Shown: positions 1 to 11,050, counted from the stretch's first letter. The stretch is DNA of 64,000 nucleotides from an uncultured Methanosarcinaceae archaeon (GCA_963847185.1 CAWJYV010000010.1:384001-448000), one strand, 5' to 3'. Notes: generated by a model not told the origin, from the letters alone. Program-made: numbers and translations.

Positions 1-480
1 TTGGATATTACCTGTTTTAAGTTCACCTACGTTTTGTGGATTTGTTGTGGATTCGACATGAATATAGTCAGATTCTGAGGCTAGAGTTGCTTCGATGCCC
101 TTGGCTATTGTACAATCCTGTTCTGCGCTCATTTCGGCAACAGCAATAAGCTCTTCCTTGGAATCCGGTATAAGGTTCTGATTCGCATTCAATCGCTTCA
201 TACCTTCAATAGTGCCTTTATTTTCAAGCATCACCTGAAGGTCTACAGTTTCTCCTCCCTCTAACTCTGTATCTCCTATTATAGAGGCTTCAATAGTGGG
301 TTCTCCATAGCTTCTGTAATAGTCAACAGTGTATCCATAACCTGGAAGCAGAAGGTTTCCCCCATTATCACTGCTTCCAAGAGCTGGATACATACTTGTT
401 GAGAAAACTGAAAGGAAAACTGCGACTGATATAAATATTTTCACGATGTTCTGTATTGTGTACTTCTGGGGTTTCTTCAT
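1..480 (-). CDS. COG1361-type S-layer/surface protein, runs off the window start (not in ORF track)
   Basis: Open from ATG 480: MKKPQKYTIQNIVKIFISVAVFLSVFSTSMYPALG (signal peptide)...YGEPTIEASIIGDTELEGGETVDLQVMLENKG. ATGA overlap with the RND stop; usual partner of archaeal RND exporters. Confidence 0.75.
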   Translation of the reverse strand, partial: MKKPQKYTIQNIVKIFISVAVFLSVFSTSMYPALGSSDNGGNLLLPGYGYTVDYYRSYGEPTIEASIIGDTELEGGETVDLQVMLENKGTIEGMKRLNANQNLIPDSKEELIAVAEMSAEQDCTIAKGIEATLASESDYIHVESTTNPQNVGELKTGNIQ

Positions 481-2825
481 TGGGTGTCGGCCCCCTTGAT
501 ATTATTTGGTATCGTCTGCGGAGCCTGTATTCCTCTTCTCTTTTCCCTCCAGGTGTCCATTAATACTATAAGAGGTGGAAATACCAGGAAGGTTGCAATC
601 AGTACCAGTACAATATCAATAACTGTCACTGTTCCAAAATCGCTTATTAAAGGAAAAGAAGATATCGTCAGAGCTGCAAACCCACCAACAACTGTCGATC
701 CTGAGGCGAGGAGTGCGGCACCGATACTGTCACTTGTCCTGTATATAGCTTGCAGGGGATCGGCTCCGTGATCCTTTTCTTCAAAGTATCTTTCCATCAT
801 GAGGACTGAGTACTCACAACCTATTCCAATGATCAGTGCTCCCATGGTTGCAGTCATTGGAGTGTACTCAATTTGCAGAAACTTCATTACCAGCCCTGAC
901 CAGCCAGTAACTATGAACATTGGAATTATTGCAGCCAGAGCTTTTATCCAGTCTCTGTAAACCACTAGAAGTCCTCCTAAAACAAGAAACAGCCCAAGAT
1001 ATGTCATTAGAATTCTTCCGCCTGTGAGCGCGCCCAGAACTTCGATAAAGACCACTGGGTTCCCTGTAATAGTAACTTTGACGCCTGGAGGAGCCTGCAT
1101 CCACTGTATATCTTTCTGAATTATGCTGGTTAAATCCTCAATCCCTGCAGTCTTTATGTCGGAAACGGCATTTCCAATGTTAAAATTTAAGAGAAGCATA
1201 TTTTTGCCGTACACATATCGGTCCTTCTGGGATTCAGGAATTTCTTCATATATTGCCTCGATTTCGTCCTGGGTTTCCGGAATTGTACCTCCATTATACT
1301 CCTTTACAAGAGGCACGATACTTGAAGCGCTTAAAATGTATCGCCTTTGAGTTTCATGTTCGCTAAACCTGTCAATCCACTTAAGAACTTCAGGGTTAGA
1401 ATTATCCTCTACCTTTATTATGAGGTTAAGTGTATCAGTTCCCCCTATGACATCTTTCAGATGGTTCAGGTCCAGAAGAGCTGGCATATCCGAGGGAACA
1501 AAAGATTTTGTATCAGTTTGGGCACCCACAGATTCGTCGGCAATCATGCCTCCGATACAGAGCAGAGTTGCTATCCCGAGTACCAACATACTATTCTTTA
1601 TCGAAAAATTGTTGATCTTTTCAAGAAGGTGTTCTACTAGTCTGGGTTTCGGTTTTCCGGAAGAAGTATACTCTGCATTTTTTTGTGTTTGTTTTAATTC
1701 TTTTTTCCCTTTCTTCGACTGAAGTTTTTCCGAAATATCGTCAAAGATATAAACTGTGACTACCCCGACAAACATGGCTGCTAAGTAGCACATTATTATG
1801 CCGATCGTGAGAAGTTTCCCAAAATCCTGAATCATAGGGACTGTGGATGTAAACAGGGAAAAGAAGCCCAGAGCAGTCATGGTAAGAGCTATGAGTACAG
1901 CAGGCCCTGTGTGTTTTATTGTTGATATAATGGCTTTGGATTTGTTTCCTTCTTTATGTAGCTCTTCTTCAATTCTGTTATGGAACTGAATAGCATAATC
2001 AATACCAAGCCCTATCAGTACCGGAAAAGCTGACATGGAAACCATTGAAAGTGGAATTTCCAGGAAACCCATCGCTCCAAAGGTGTATATGATACCGAGT
2101 AAAACAATCGGTAAAGGCAACAGTTTCCAGCGAACATGCCGGAAAACAAGGCTTAATACGATTACCATAAAAACGGCAGCAAGCCCGAGCAATGGTGCCA
2201 TACCGGTACTCATCTCCTCGCTCATTGCAATCTTGTAAGCTGGATCGCCTGTTACTATGAGATTGTAAGAAGGAGGAAAGTCAGAAAATTTGACAGCTTC
2301 TTCGGCCATCGTTATTATTTCTTTTTGCTTGTCCTCTGAGACTGACCCGCCCATCGTTACATAGATCAACATATGTGTATTATCAGGAATTAATTGTCCG
2401 AATGTATCCGGATAACCGTCAATAATTGCCTTGATCTCTGCATCTGTATCGGGGATCTGGGTCCTTCCTGTTATCTGGGAATTTATTTTCTTTGTAATAG
2501 AAGCCGGACTTGTGACTCCAACAACTCCTTCTGTGGACTCTAGCTGATGTTCAAGCCGATCTGCAGCTTTCATTAAATCCGCAGACTTTACATCGTTTCC
2601 CTCTACCATCACTATAATAGAGTTGGTTCCAAATATGTTTGAGTAAAGGTGATCATAGTTCTGATAGAGTTCCGAACTTTTGCTTACAAAGGTCTCCGTT
2701 CCTGAGGCCATAGAAATTTTCTGGGCACCCTGCATTGACAACAAGATGAGAAGGAAAAAGATCAGAAGTATGGTCATGCGGTTGTTGTGGACAAACACTC
2801 CAAGTTTTTCAAAAATATTCTTAAT
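477..2825 (-). CDS. RND/MMPL-family exporter (HAE3 type)
   Basis: Two MMPL halves with GLGIDYAIQFHNR and GIGCEYSVLMMER motifs and about 12 TM segments. Start extended to ATT at 2825 behind RBS GAGAGGGA; an in-frame TGA lies just upstream. Confidence 0.9.
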   Translation of the reverse strand: MKNIFEKLGVFVHNNRMTILLIFFLLILLSMQGAQKISMASGTETFVSKSSELYQNYDHLYSNIFGTNSIIVMVEGNDVKSADLMKAADRLEHQLESTEGVVGVTSPASITKKINSQITGRTQIPDTDAEIKAIIDGYPDTFGQLIPDNTHMLIYVTMGGSVSEDKQKEIITMAEEAVKFSDFPPSYNLIVTGDPAYKIAMSEEMSTGMAPLLGLAAVFMVIVLSLVFRHVRWKLLPLPIVLLGIIYTFGAMGFLEIPLSMVSMSAFPVLIGLGIDYAIQFHNRIEEELHKEGNKSKAIISTIKHTGPAVLIALTMTALGFFSLFTSTVPMIQDFGKLLTIGIIMCYLAAMFVGVVTVYIFDDISEKLQSKKGKKELKQTQKNAEYTSSGKPKPRLVEHLLEKINNFSIKNSMLVLGIATLLCIGGMIADESVGAQTDTKSFVPSDMPALLDLNHLKDVIGGTDTLNLIIKVEDNSNPEVLKWIDRFSEHETQRRYILSASSIVPLVKEYNGGTIPETQDEIEAIYEEIPESQKDRYVYGKNMLLLNFNIGNAVSDIKTAGIEDLTSIIQKDIQWMQAPPGVKVTITGNPVVFIEVLGALTGGRILMTYLGLFLVLGGLLVVYRDWIKALAAIIPMFIVTGWSGLVMKFLQIEYTPMTATMGALIIGIGCEYSVLMMERYFEEKDHGADPLQAIYRTSDSIGAALLASGSTVVGGFAALTISSFPLISDFGTVTVIDIVLVLIATFLVFPPLIVLMDTWREKRRGIQAPQTIPNNIKGADTQ

Positions 2826-2918
2826 AGCACATCCCTCTCATTGCTTTTTTGAAGTATAGTTGTAAAGCACATATGAATTTACTAATAGGAATTTGCTTTC
2901 CAAAGGCTCTGTGCTGAC

Positions 2919-3371
2919 TCAAATACGCCGATGCGCAATTTTATTTAAAATCCTCACTGTCGTCTCGAGGCTCTGTAAATATTCATTGACATCCTTCTCA
3001 TCTACAAGTTCGAGAAGTTCATCGACGATTTCATTAAAATAATTATAACATTCCATTCCCTTGTCTGTCAAGGAAACAAGCACTTTCCTTCTGTCTTCAG
3101 GATCATTTTTTCGAAACACCATCCCTTTCTTTTCCAGATCATCAATCATCCGGGTTAGGCTGCTTTTCTCCATACCTGTGTAATTCCCGATGGTTGAAGG
3201 CATGATCTCACTTTCCATACCTATGATCTTGATCACCATAGGCTGATTCTTGCTCAGTTCCTTAAATCTACTGAGAATTTTTTTCTGGAAAGTGTGTTCG
3301 AAAATCATATTATCAAGAGCATCTCTTTCCATCATCAGAAGAATTGTTTTCTTCAAAATCGCGTCATCCAT
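2919..3371 (-). CDS. MarR-family transcriptional regulator
   Basis: wHTH signature KSSLTRMIDDLEKKGMVFRKNDPEDRRKVLVSLTDKG; lies directly upstream of the exporter. Confidence 0.92.
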   Translation of the reverse strand: MDDAILKKTILLMMERDALDNMIFEHTFQKKILSRFKELSKNQPMVIKIIGMESEIMPSTIGNYTGMEKSSLTRMIDDLEKKGMVFRKNDPEDRRKVLVSLTDKGMECYNYFNEIVDELLELVDEKDVNEYLQSLETTVRILNKIAHRRI

Positions 3372-3464
3372 TTTTTACCACTATCGCCTCTTTTATGCCG
3401 GATCTTTCAGATAAGTGCTGTTTCCCAGCCAATAATTTAGAGAATTATAAAATTTAACTCGATA

Positions 3465-3555
3465 TTGATTTTTCAATTATCAATTATCATATAATTGAAT
3501 TATAAGTTATTGAATATCGTATAATTGAATTAACAATTATTGATAAATCAACAAT
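3465..3555. promoter_or_regulatory. Cluster of palindromic/repeated sites, candidate MarR operators
   Basis: TTCAATTAT(3472-80)..ATAATTGAA(3491-99) palindrome, a repeated ATAATTGAATTA and TTGATAAATCAA upstream of marR. Confidence 0.4.
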
Positions 3556-3810
3556 ATTTTGATAATATTTAAATCAAACGGTTGAAAAAATATAACATAG
3601 ATTATGCAAAAATTAATCGTTTTAAATTTTGCAAAGACAAAAATTAAGTATTAATACTCTTTGAAATAGAAAAAGCATTAATTAAAATCCATATTTACAA
3701 TTTTATATATTGGAAAAGTAATTCTAAATCTGATAAAAATAAAAAAAGTAATATTAAGATAGAACTCGGACGAATTGGAATGAGATAATCAGATCGAAAA
3801 TAATCTTTCA

Positions 3811-5304
3811 TTAAAGCATTAATTCTGTTGTTGGATCTGGCAATTTAATTATGAAGGATGAACCTTTTCCCACTGTACTTTCCACCTGGATATCGCCGCC
3901 GTGCATTTCAACATATTTTTTTACCAATGTAAGGCCAAGCCCTGTTCCTTCAAAAAGGCGATTTAATGAAGAATCAATCTGAACAAATGGCTTAAAAATG
4001 TCGTCTATTCTCTCTTCAGGGATTCCAATGCCTGTATCTTTAATAGTTATAAATACAGAATTCTGTCCTTTTTGCGAGAAAACTTTAACAGAACCACCAG
4101 AAGGTGTGAATTTAACAGCATTGTTTAAAAGGTTGTATACTATCTGATGGAATTTACTCATGTCTGCATATACATGTATTTTTTTACTCTCAGACTTATA
4201 AGTTAATGTAATATTTTTCTCCAGAGTCTGCGGGAGTATCATTGAGACAGCTCTGCAGATAGACTCGTGAACGGGAAGAACTTCTTTTTTAAGCTCTTCC
4301 TTTCCTGACTCGGCTTTAGATAGATCTAGAATATTATTTATAATATTTAGAAGGTTTTTTCCGCTTAAAGAAATAAATTGAACGTACTTTAACTGCTTTT
4401 CATTCAAAGGTCCGGCTATTCCTTCTTTTAGCAAATCGGAAAATCCGATGATTGAATTAAGAGGAGTTCTTAATTCATGACTCATATTCGTCAGAAATTC
4501 ACTTTTTGTACGGTTTGCCGCTTCAGCAGCTATTTTTGCATTAATTAAAGATTCTTCTGCTTTTTTTCTAAGAGTTATGTCTCTGATAAGAACAATATTT
4601 GCCGGCTTGTCATTGTAGGTTATTTTGTTGCCAAGAGCTTCTATCCAGACTTTCTCCCCTTTTGAAGAAATCATTTTATAAGTGTTCAGATAACTGCCCA
4701 AATTAAGAGTATTTACATGATTTTCTCTTGCATAAGATCTCGATTCGGGAGCAATAAATTTCTCAAAATGCGTACCATTTATTTCATCGAGTCCCATATT
4801 TAGGATTTTTCCGACAGCAGAATTTGCCGTAATAATCCTGCCTTCAATGTCAAGTATGAATATACCATCGAGAGTATTATCAACAAGGGTAAAGAAATTT
4901 TTTTCGCTCTCTTGTAAAGCATTATAATTCTTTTTTATTCTGATTAAAGACTTTATTCTCGTTTTAAGTTCAAATTTATCTATAGGTTTGCTGATAAAAT
5001 CATCAGCTCCGCACTGAATCGCTTTTATCTTGTTTTCTTTTTCGAAAAAACCTGAAATTACAATTATAGGTATGAATTTAAATCTGGGGTCTTTCTTGAA
5101 CATACTGCAAATTTCATAGCCATCGCTTTCGGGCAGCATAAGATCAAGTAAAATCAAATCAGGAACTTGAGCTTCTACCAGTTCAAGGGCTTCTTTCCCA
5201 CTATGTGCAGATATAGGAAAATAATCATCCTTAAGCTGCAGGCATAGCAATCCAACCTGCGCCCTTTCGTCATCAACAATGAGAATTTTTGGTTTTCCAG
5301 ACGT
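3811..5304 (-). CDS. Hybrid sensor kinase: receiver + PAS + HisKA + HATPase_c
   Basis: KILIVDDE...PDLILLDLMLP receiver, NMSHELRTPLNSI H-box, GTGLGL G2 box. The receiver N-terminus is only encoded if translation starts at ACG 5304. Confidence 0.9.
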   Translation of the reverse strand, partial: TSGKPKILIVDDERAQVGLLCLQLKDDYFPISAHSGKEALELVEAQVPDLILLDLMLPESDGYEICSMFKKDPRFKFIPIIVISGFFEKENKIKAIQCGADDFISKPIDKFELKTRIKSLIRIKKNYNALQESEKNFFTLVDNTLDGIFILDIEGRIITANSAVGKILNMGLDEINGTHFEKFIAPESRSYARENHVNTLNLGSYLNTYKMISSKGEKVWIEALGNKITYNDKPANIVLIRDITLRKKAEESLINAKIAAEAANRTKSEFLTNMSHELRTPLNSIIGFSDLLKEGIAGPLNEKQLKYVQFISLSGKNLLNIINNILDLSKAESGKEELKKEVLPVHESICRAVSMILPQTLEKNITLTYKSESKKIHVYADMSKFHQIVYNLLNNAVKFTPSGGSVKVFSQKGQNSVFITIKDTGIGIPEERIDDIFKPFVQIDSSLNRLFEGTGLGLTLVKKYVEMHGGDIQVESTVGKGSSFIIKLPDPTTELML

Positions 5305-5824
5305 ATATTAATCCTCACAGATACAGTTTATTATCTAAGCAAATCTTTCATATTTTTACCAACATACTAATATAATTTGAAAAAAAACTCCAAGATATAA
5401 GTCTCAAATATATAATTTATTTAATAAGTATGTATTTAATATAAAGTTAAAAACCGTTTTCAATTTAACTTGTTTTCATATAATAATTCTAAAATTAAAA
5501 AGCCGTTGTAAACGTTATTTCTCATTCGATTCCTCTACGAAATATCTTTGAGAAATAACTGTATTTTAATTAGTCTAATTGATATATCTATTTTTTTATC
5601 TATGTCTCAATTAAAAATAATTTGTTACCAGGAATTATTTTATTTATTGTTGAAAATAAGTGAAAAGTATAAATTTCGAATCTATATTGAAAAAATTTGG
5701 GAAATAGTGGAAATATTGGTAATCGACGATCGGCAAAAAACCAAGATAAACAAAGAGAACGAAAAATAAAATAGAAATTGAAGAAAACAAAAAGCAAAAA
5801 ATGCAAAAAAATACTTAGTGAATG

Positions 5825-6118
5825 TTATTCTTCAGCTTTTTCCCAGAAATTTTCAGCTTCCTCCTCCATTTCTTCGAGTCTGTCATAGTAATCAGGAAAT
5901 TCATTCAGGTGAGCCAGAGCGATTTTTCCTGTTATTATGGGGTCATCGTTAGTAACGTTTGTCCATGGATCCCGGGTTCCATGCTCCAGTTCTACGTCCA
6001 TACCTCTGCGGAACTGGTCTACATCGAACTTATCCCATTTTATTCCCAGTTGTTCCCCAACTGCCTTTGCTTCTTCAGCCGTGAAATTTTTTTTTGTCAA
6101 GACCATCACTTCTGCCAA
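5825..6118 (-). CDS. Small conserved protein, DUF5661-like
   Basis: FRRGMDVELEHG...KIALAHLNEFPDYYDRL motif. Confidence 0.75.
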   Translation of the reverse strand: MAEVMVLTKKNFTAEEAKAVGEQLGIKWDKFDVDQFRRGMDVELEHGTRDPWTNVTNDDPIITGKIALAHLNEFPDYYDRLEEMEEEAENFWEKAEE

Positions 6119-6314
6119 TTGTTAAACTTTTACGTAATTATTTAATCTTTAACAATTATTTAATCTTTGCATTTATTTAATGTGGGTTGTAATTAAGAAT
6201 TAGCCTTCAAAAATGTATGCTATTTTGTTACTCTTTACGCTGGACAGAAAGTTTTTATCTTTGATTAGTGGGATTTCCGACAGCAATTAATAAGAATGTA
6301 AATGAGAGAGAAAA

Positions 6315-6788
6315 ATGCCAGATAATGATTTTTTGTTTATGAGAAGAGCAATTGAGCTATCCCTGGAAAATGTAAAAAAAGGAGGTGGCCCTTTTGGCGC
6401 TGTAATAACGATAAATGAAGAAACTCTTGCAGAAAGCTGCAACCTTGTCAGTGCGCTTAATGATCCTACAGCCCATGCAGAGATTAATGTAATAAGGGCT
6501 GCAGCCCAGAAACTGGGCACTTTTGACCTTAGTAGCTGCGTTATCTACTCTTCCTGCGAACCCTGTCCTATGTGCCTTGGAGCCATTTACTGGGCCAGAA
6601 TCAAAAGAGTTGTTTTCGCCAATACCACGTCTGATGCCAAAAGTATCGGTTTTGATGACTTTCTAATATATGAAGAAATCTCGCGTCCCATTCAGGAAAG
6701 AAAAATTGAATTCCGGCAGCTCCTCAGGGAAGAGGCACTGGAGGCTTTTAAAGCATGGGAAGAATCTGAGAATAAGGTCGAATACTGA
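6315..6788 (+). CDS. Nucleoside/guanine deaminase (CDA fold, GuaD-like)
   Basis: DPTAHAE and SCEPCPMCLGAIYWA zinc motifs; GFDD motif of GuaD-type enzymes. Confidence 0.88.
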   Translation: MPDNDFLFMRRAIELSLENVKKGGGPFGAVITINEETLAESCNLVSALNDPTAHAEINVIRAAAQKLGTFDLSSCVIYSSCEPCPMCLGAIYWARIKRVVFANTTSDAKSIGFDDFLIYEEISRPIQERKIEFRQLLREEALEAFKAWEESENKVEY

Positions 6789-7066
6789 AAAACAGAGTAA
6801 CTACTTTCTAATTTTTATTCTGTTTGAAAACTCATTTCTATCATTAATGACTAATTTAATCAGGGACTCAAATTTAATCCAGGAACATTAAATAGGGGAC
6901 GGAAAAAAATTATTGAATTATATAAAAAACTCTAATCAATGCACGAAAAATTCAAAATATCTACTAAAAATATTAAATTAGTGCAACTTAGAATAAAGTG
7001 TCTAAATTTTTATTTTTATTTCTACTTTTTTATCTATAATACTGATTTTAGAAGGGGTTCTGGGAA

Positions 7067-9478
7067 ATGCCTGTAAATAAAAGCAAGTACATTCGCTGGT
7101 TTGAAGAAACCACAATCGATGATGTCCCGCTTGTAGGCGGGAAGAATGCTTCCCTCGGGGAAATGTACAGAGAACTTAGCTCGAAAGGTATCAGGATTCC
7201 AAATGGCTTTTCAGTCACTGCTGAAGCTTACTGGCATACCCTGGAAGCCGGAGGGATTCTTGAAAAACTCAAAACAACAATGGAAGGACTTGATACTGCG
7301 GATGTTGCAGACCTTGCAAAAAGAGGGAAAAGTGCAAGAGATCTAATCCTTGGGGCAGGAATTCCTGATGACCTCTGGAAGGAAATCAAAACTGCATATG
7401 ACATCCTCTGCGAGCAGTACGGAGAATATACGGACGTAGCTGTACGGAGTTCGGCAACAGCTGAAGACCTGCCAACTGCTTCTTTTGCGGGCCAGCAGGA
7501 AACTTACCTGAACATCAGGGGATATCCTGCACTTCGGGATGCCTGTACACGCTGTTTTGCATCTCTTTTTACGGACAGAGCCATTTCTTACCGCGTGACC
7601 AATAAATTCGACCATTTCAAGGTAGCTCTTTCCATAGGAATCATGAAAATGGTCAGGTCGGATCTGGCTTCAAGCGGAGTTATTTTTACTCTTGATACAG
7701 AAACCGGCTTCAGGGACGTTGTTTTCATTACAGGCTCATACGGGCTTGGAGAAAATATCGTACAGGGGCAGGTTAATCCAGATGAATTCTACGTTTTCAA
7801 GCCGACTTTCAGGAAAGGATATAAGCCGATAATCAAGAAAAAAGTCGGAAGCAAAGAGATCAAGATGATCTATGGGCGGGGTGACTCAAAAGTACTCACC
7901 CGAAACGTGGAGGTTCCTGAGGCCGACAGGCTGCACTTCTGTATTGATGATCAAGAAGTGCTCGAACTTGCAGGATATGCGATTACTATCGAAGATCATT
8001 ACTCGAAAAAGAGTGGGGAATCAAGGCCCATGGATATCGAGTGGGCAAAGGACGGTATAACAGGAGAACTCTTTATAGTACAGGCAAGGCCTGAAACTGT
8101 CCAGTCCCAGAGAAGTAAAGAAGTTCTGGAAACATATGTGCTTGAAAATAGATCGAAAATTCTTGCAAAAGGCAGGAGTGTGGGGGATAAAATCGCTGTT
8201 GGAAAAGCCCATGTAATTCCAGATGTTTCGGATCTTCCTTCGTTTAAACCTGGAGAGATTCTGATTGCAGACACCACAACTCCAGACTGGGAGCCTGTCA
8301 TGAAAACGGCGGCTGCAATTGTCACAAATAAAGGAGGAAGAACCTGCCATGCTGCTATTGTCAGCCGAGAACTTGGAATTCCTGCAGTTGTAGGAACAGG
8401 TAACGCAACCGAAGTTCTGGAGACAGGACATGAAATCACTGTAAGCTGTGCGGAAGGAGAAGATGGGCTTGTTTATGAAGGTATACTTCCTTTTCATAAA
8501 AACATCCTGAGCCTCAAAAACATGGAGCGTCCGAAAATAGAGATTATGATGAATCTTGGAAATCCTGAAGAAGCTTTTGCTTTATCCATGATCCCAAATG
8601 ATGGAATCGGGCTTGCCAGGCTGGAATTTATTATTACGAGCTATATCAAAATTCATCCGATGGCTCTTGTTCACCCTGAAAGGGTCAAAGATCTTAAAAC
8701 TCTTAATGAAATTGAGCAGCTTACCATGGGCTACAAAAAAGAGGAATTTTTTGTCGAACAGCTTGCCCAGGGAGTTGGGACGATTGCTGCGGCTTTCCAC
8801 CCAAAACCTGTTGTAGTTCGCATGAGCGATTTCAAGACCAATGAGTATTCAAGCCTCCTTGGGGGTAGCTACTTTGAAATGGAAGAAAGTAACCCCATGA
8901 TAGGGTTCAGGGGAGCTTCCCGTTATTTTGATGAGCGTTACAGGGAAGGTTTTGCCCTTGAATGCAGGGCAATGAAAAAGGTCAGGGATGAAATGGGACT
9001 TACAAACCTCATTCTTATGATTCCCTTCTGCAGGACTGTTGACGAAGCAAGGAAAGTGATTGCCGAAATGGAGAAAAACGGGCTCAAGAGAGGAGAAAAC
9101 GGGCTTCAGGTCTATGTCATGTGTGAAATCCCAAATAACGTTCTTCTGATCGATGAATTCAGTAAGTTTTTTGATGGCTTCTCCATAGGTTCAAACGACC
9201 TGACCCAGCTAACTCTTGGTGTTGATAGAGACTCCGAACTGCTTGCCGCAGAATTCGATGAAAGAGATCCAGGAGTTATGAAAATAATGGCAATGGCTGT
9301 GCAAGGAGCAAAAAGAAACGGGAGACACAGCGGGATCTGTGGACAGGCTCCGAGCGATTTTCCCGAAATTGCAGAGTTTCTTGTAAAAGAGAAAATCGAT
9401 TCCATTTCACTCAATCCTGATTCAGTTATGAAAATTACTCTTAAAGTTCTGGAAACTGAAAAAGAACTTGGACGATAA
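7067..9478 (+). CDS. ppsA: Phosphoenolpyruvate synthase
   Basis: VGGKNASLGEM, AVRSSATAED, GGRTCHAAIVSRE phospho-His and SIGSNDLTQL motifs. Confidence 0.97.
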   Translation: MPVNKSKYIRWFEETTIDDVPLVGGKNASLGEMYRELSSKGIRIPNGFSVTAEAYWHTLEAGGILEKLKTTMEGLDTADVADLAKRGKSARDLILGAGIPDDLWKEIKTAYDILCEQYGEYTDVAVRSSATAEDLPTASFAGQQETYLNIRGYPALRDACTRCFASLFTDRAISYRVTNKFDHFKVALSIGIMKMVRSDLASSGVIFTLDTETGFRDVVFITGSYGLGENIVQGQVNPDEFYVFKPTFRKGYKPIIKKKVGSKEIKMIYGRGDSKVLTRNVEVPEADRLHFCIDDQEVLELAGYAITIEDHYSKKSGESRPMDIEWAKDGITGELFIVQARPETVQSQRSKEVLETYVLENRSKILAKGRSVGDKIAVGKAHVIPDVSDLPSFKPGEILIADTTTPDWEPVMKTAAAIVTNKGGRTCHAAIVSRELGIPAVVGTGNATEVLETGHEITVSCAEGEDGLVYEGILPFHKNILSLKNMERPKIEIMMNLGNPEEAFALSMIPNDGIGLARLEFIITSYIKIHPMALVHPERVKDLKTLNEIEQLTMGYKKEEFFVEQLAQGVGTIAAAFHPKPVVVRMSDFKTNEYSSLLGGSYFEMEESNPMIGFRGASRYFDERYREGFALECRAMKKVRDEMGLTNLILMIPFCRTVDEARKVIAEMEKNGLKRGENGLQVYVMCEIPNNVLLIDEFSKFFDGFSIGSNDLTQLTLGVDRDSELLAAEFDERDPGVMKIMAMAVQGAKRNGRHSGICGQAPSDFPEIAEFLVKEKIDSISLNPDSVMKITLKVLETEKELGR

Positions 9479-9654
9479 TAAGGAAGAAAGAATGGAAGAA
9501 AAATAAAAAGGGAAAAAGAAAGAGCAGTAAAAAAGGGGAAAAAGGAAGAAATAGAAAATAGGAAAAGGGTCTCATATAACTTCAAAAGAAAAATATATGA
9601 TTCTAGAATCCTAACTGTTAGGATAAGTTTTAGAGATTCTTTTACCTGATCCCT

Positions 9655-10923
9655 ATGATAGAAAAAGAAGTAAACACCCTATGTAATCAGTACGGCCTGA
9701 AATCAACCAATCTTGCAGAACTTACCTTAAAAGTTTATTTTTCAAATGATAATCTGGAGAGGAGTTTTACTGAGGAAGAAAATTCATTATATCTACCTCT
9801 TTATGAGGAGCTTTACGCAACTTCTTCTCTTTTCGGAATTGGAGCTGAGTATAAAGCTTATATCCAGTTTATTCTTAATCCTGAGAAAGCAAATTCAGAA
9901 TACCTTTCGGATTTTTTCAATAGTCCTCTGGGCCTGAAAATTCGGAAAAACTGGGTAAAGAGAAATTTTATATGGTCGTCTGAAACTCCTTCTGACTCAA
10001 ACGAGTTGACCATGGATTCTCCAGAAGGTCCTGTTCTTGAGGCTGTCACTCAGAAGACTATGTTTTTAGGGGAACCCAAATTTTACGGAATACCCTTGCT
10101 TGTAGAAGAAGCAGGATTTACAGACAAAGATTCTGTTGAGGCCATATGCACAGAGATTGATGAAAACACGGACTCAGTTCCAGACCCTAAAGTTCCTGAT
10201 GTTCCAGAAATTTTGTCTCCGTTCAGGATAGACATCGATTTTCTTATGCACAGTAAATTATACCTCCCGGATATTAAAACCCAGATAAAAATACTTAAAA
10301 TCAAAGCTCTTACAAAAGAATTGATTTTCCAGCTCAGCCTTTTCGAACGCAGGCTTTCGACTTATCCTAAGAATGTCGCACACATCGAAGAGAAGCTCGA
10401 ACTTATTCAGGAAGCTGTCAAGCTTGCAAATGACTCTGATTACTTGCTGGAGTTAATCCGACGGGGTGAAAGCAAAAAGCTGGAGTTTAAATCCACGCTT
10501 CGAAAGAATCTTATGAGCGGCAATCCTGACTGGAGGGTCGAACATGCTGTGCTAAAAACAATAGTAGCTTACCTCAATACAGATGGGGGTACTCTTCTTG
10601 TAGGTATTTCGAACAGTGGGGAAGTGCTCGGAATCGAAAATGATAATTTTCTCAATGAAGATAAATTTCTCCTTCATTTCAAACAGCTAATCAAGCAGCA
10701 TATAGGACTTGCCTATGCTCCTCTGATTGAATACAGCCTTGTGCCGGTTAACGGCAAAAAAATTCTGAAAATAGATTGTCGGAAAAGTGATGAAGCTGTA
10801 TTCCTCAAAATGGACCAAAATGAAGAAGAGTTTTACATCAGAATCGGTCCTTCAAGTGAAAGGCTTACAGGCAGCAAGCTAATTGAGTATGTTAATAGAC
10901 AATATAAAAAGCAGGTTAACTGA
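9655..10923 (+). CDS. Protein with C-terminal Schlafen/AlbA_2 domain
   Basis: GESKKLEFKS...IVAYLNTDGGTLLVGI...FYIRIGPSS; the N-terminal ~260 aa is unrecognised. Confidence 0.82.
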   Translation: MIEKEVNTLCNQYGLKSTNLAELTLKVYFSNDNLERSFTEEENSLYLPLYEELYATSSLFGIGAEYKAYIQFILNPEKANSEYLSDFFNSPLGLKIRKNWVKRNFIWSSETPSDSNELTMDSPEGPVLEAVTQKTMFLGEPKFYGIPLLVEEAGFTDKDSVEAICTEIDENTDSVPDPKVPDVPEILSPFRIDIDFLMHSKLYLPDIKTQIKILKIKALTKELIFQLSLFERRLSTYPKNVAHIEEKLELIQEAVKLANDSDYLLELIRRGESKKLEFKSTLRKNLMSGNPDWRVEHAVLKTIVAYLNTDGGTLLVGISNSGEVLGIENDNFLNEDKFLLHFKQLIKQHIGLAYAPLIEYSLVPVNGKKILKIDCRKSDEAVFLKMDQNEEEFYIRIGPSSERLTGSKLIEYVNRQYKKQVN

Positions 10924-10928
10924 TTCAG

Positions 10929-11050
10929 ACTGTTTTACGCGCATTTTTGTGCAGAAAGCCTGATGCAACTTTTACACACCATAGGAACTCGTAAATCCTG
11001 TTGCGTCAATTGCTGCAATGGAGATGTTTTCTCCGTGTAAGTAAAACAGT
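10929..11050. repeat. ~120-bp nested inverted-repeat element
   Basis: ACTGTTTTAC/GTAAAACAGT perfect 10-bp IR, with inner TGATGCAAC/GTTGCGTCA; lies between convergent genes. Confidence 0.45.
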
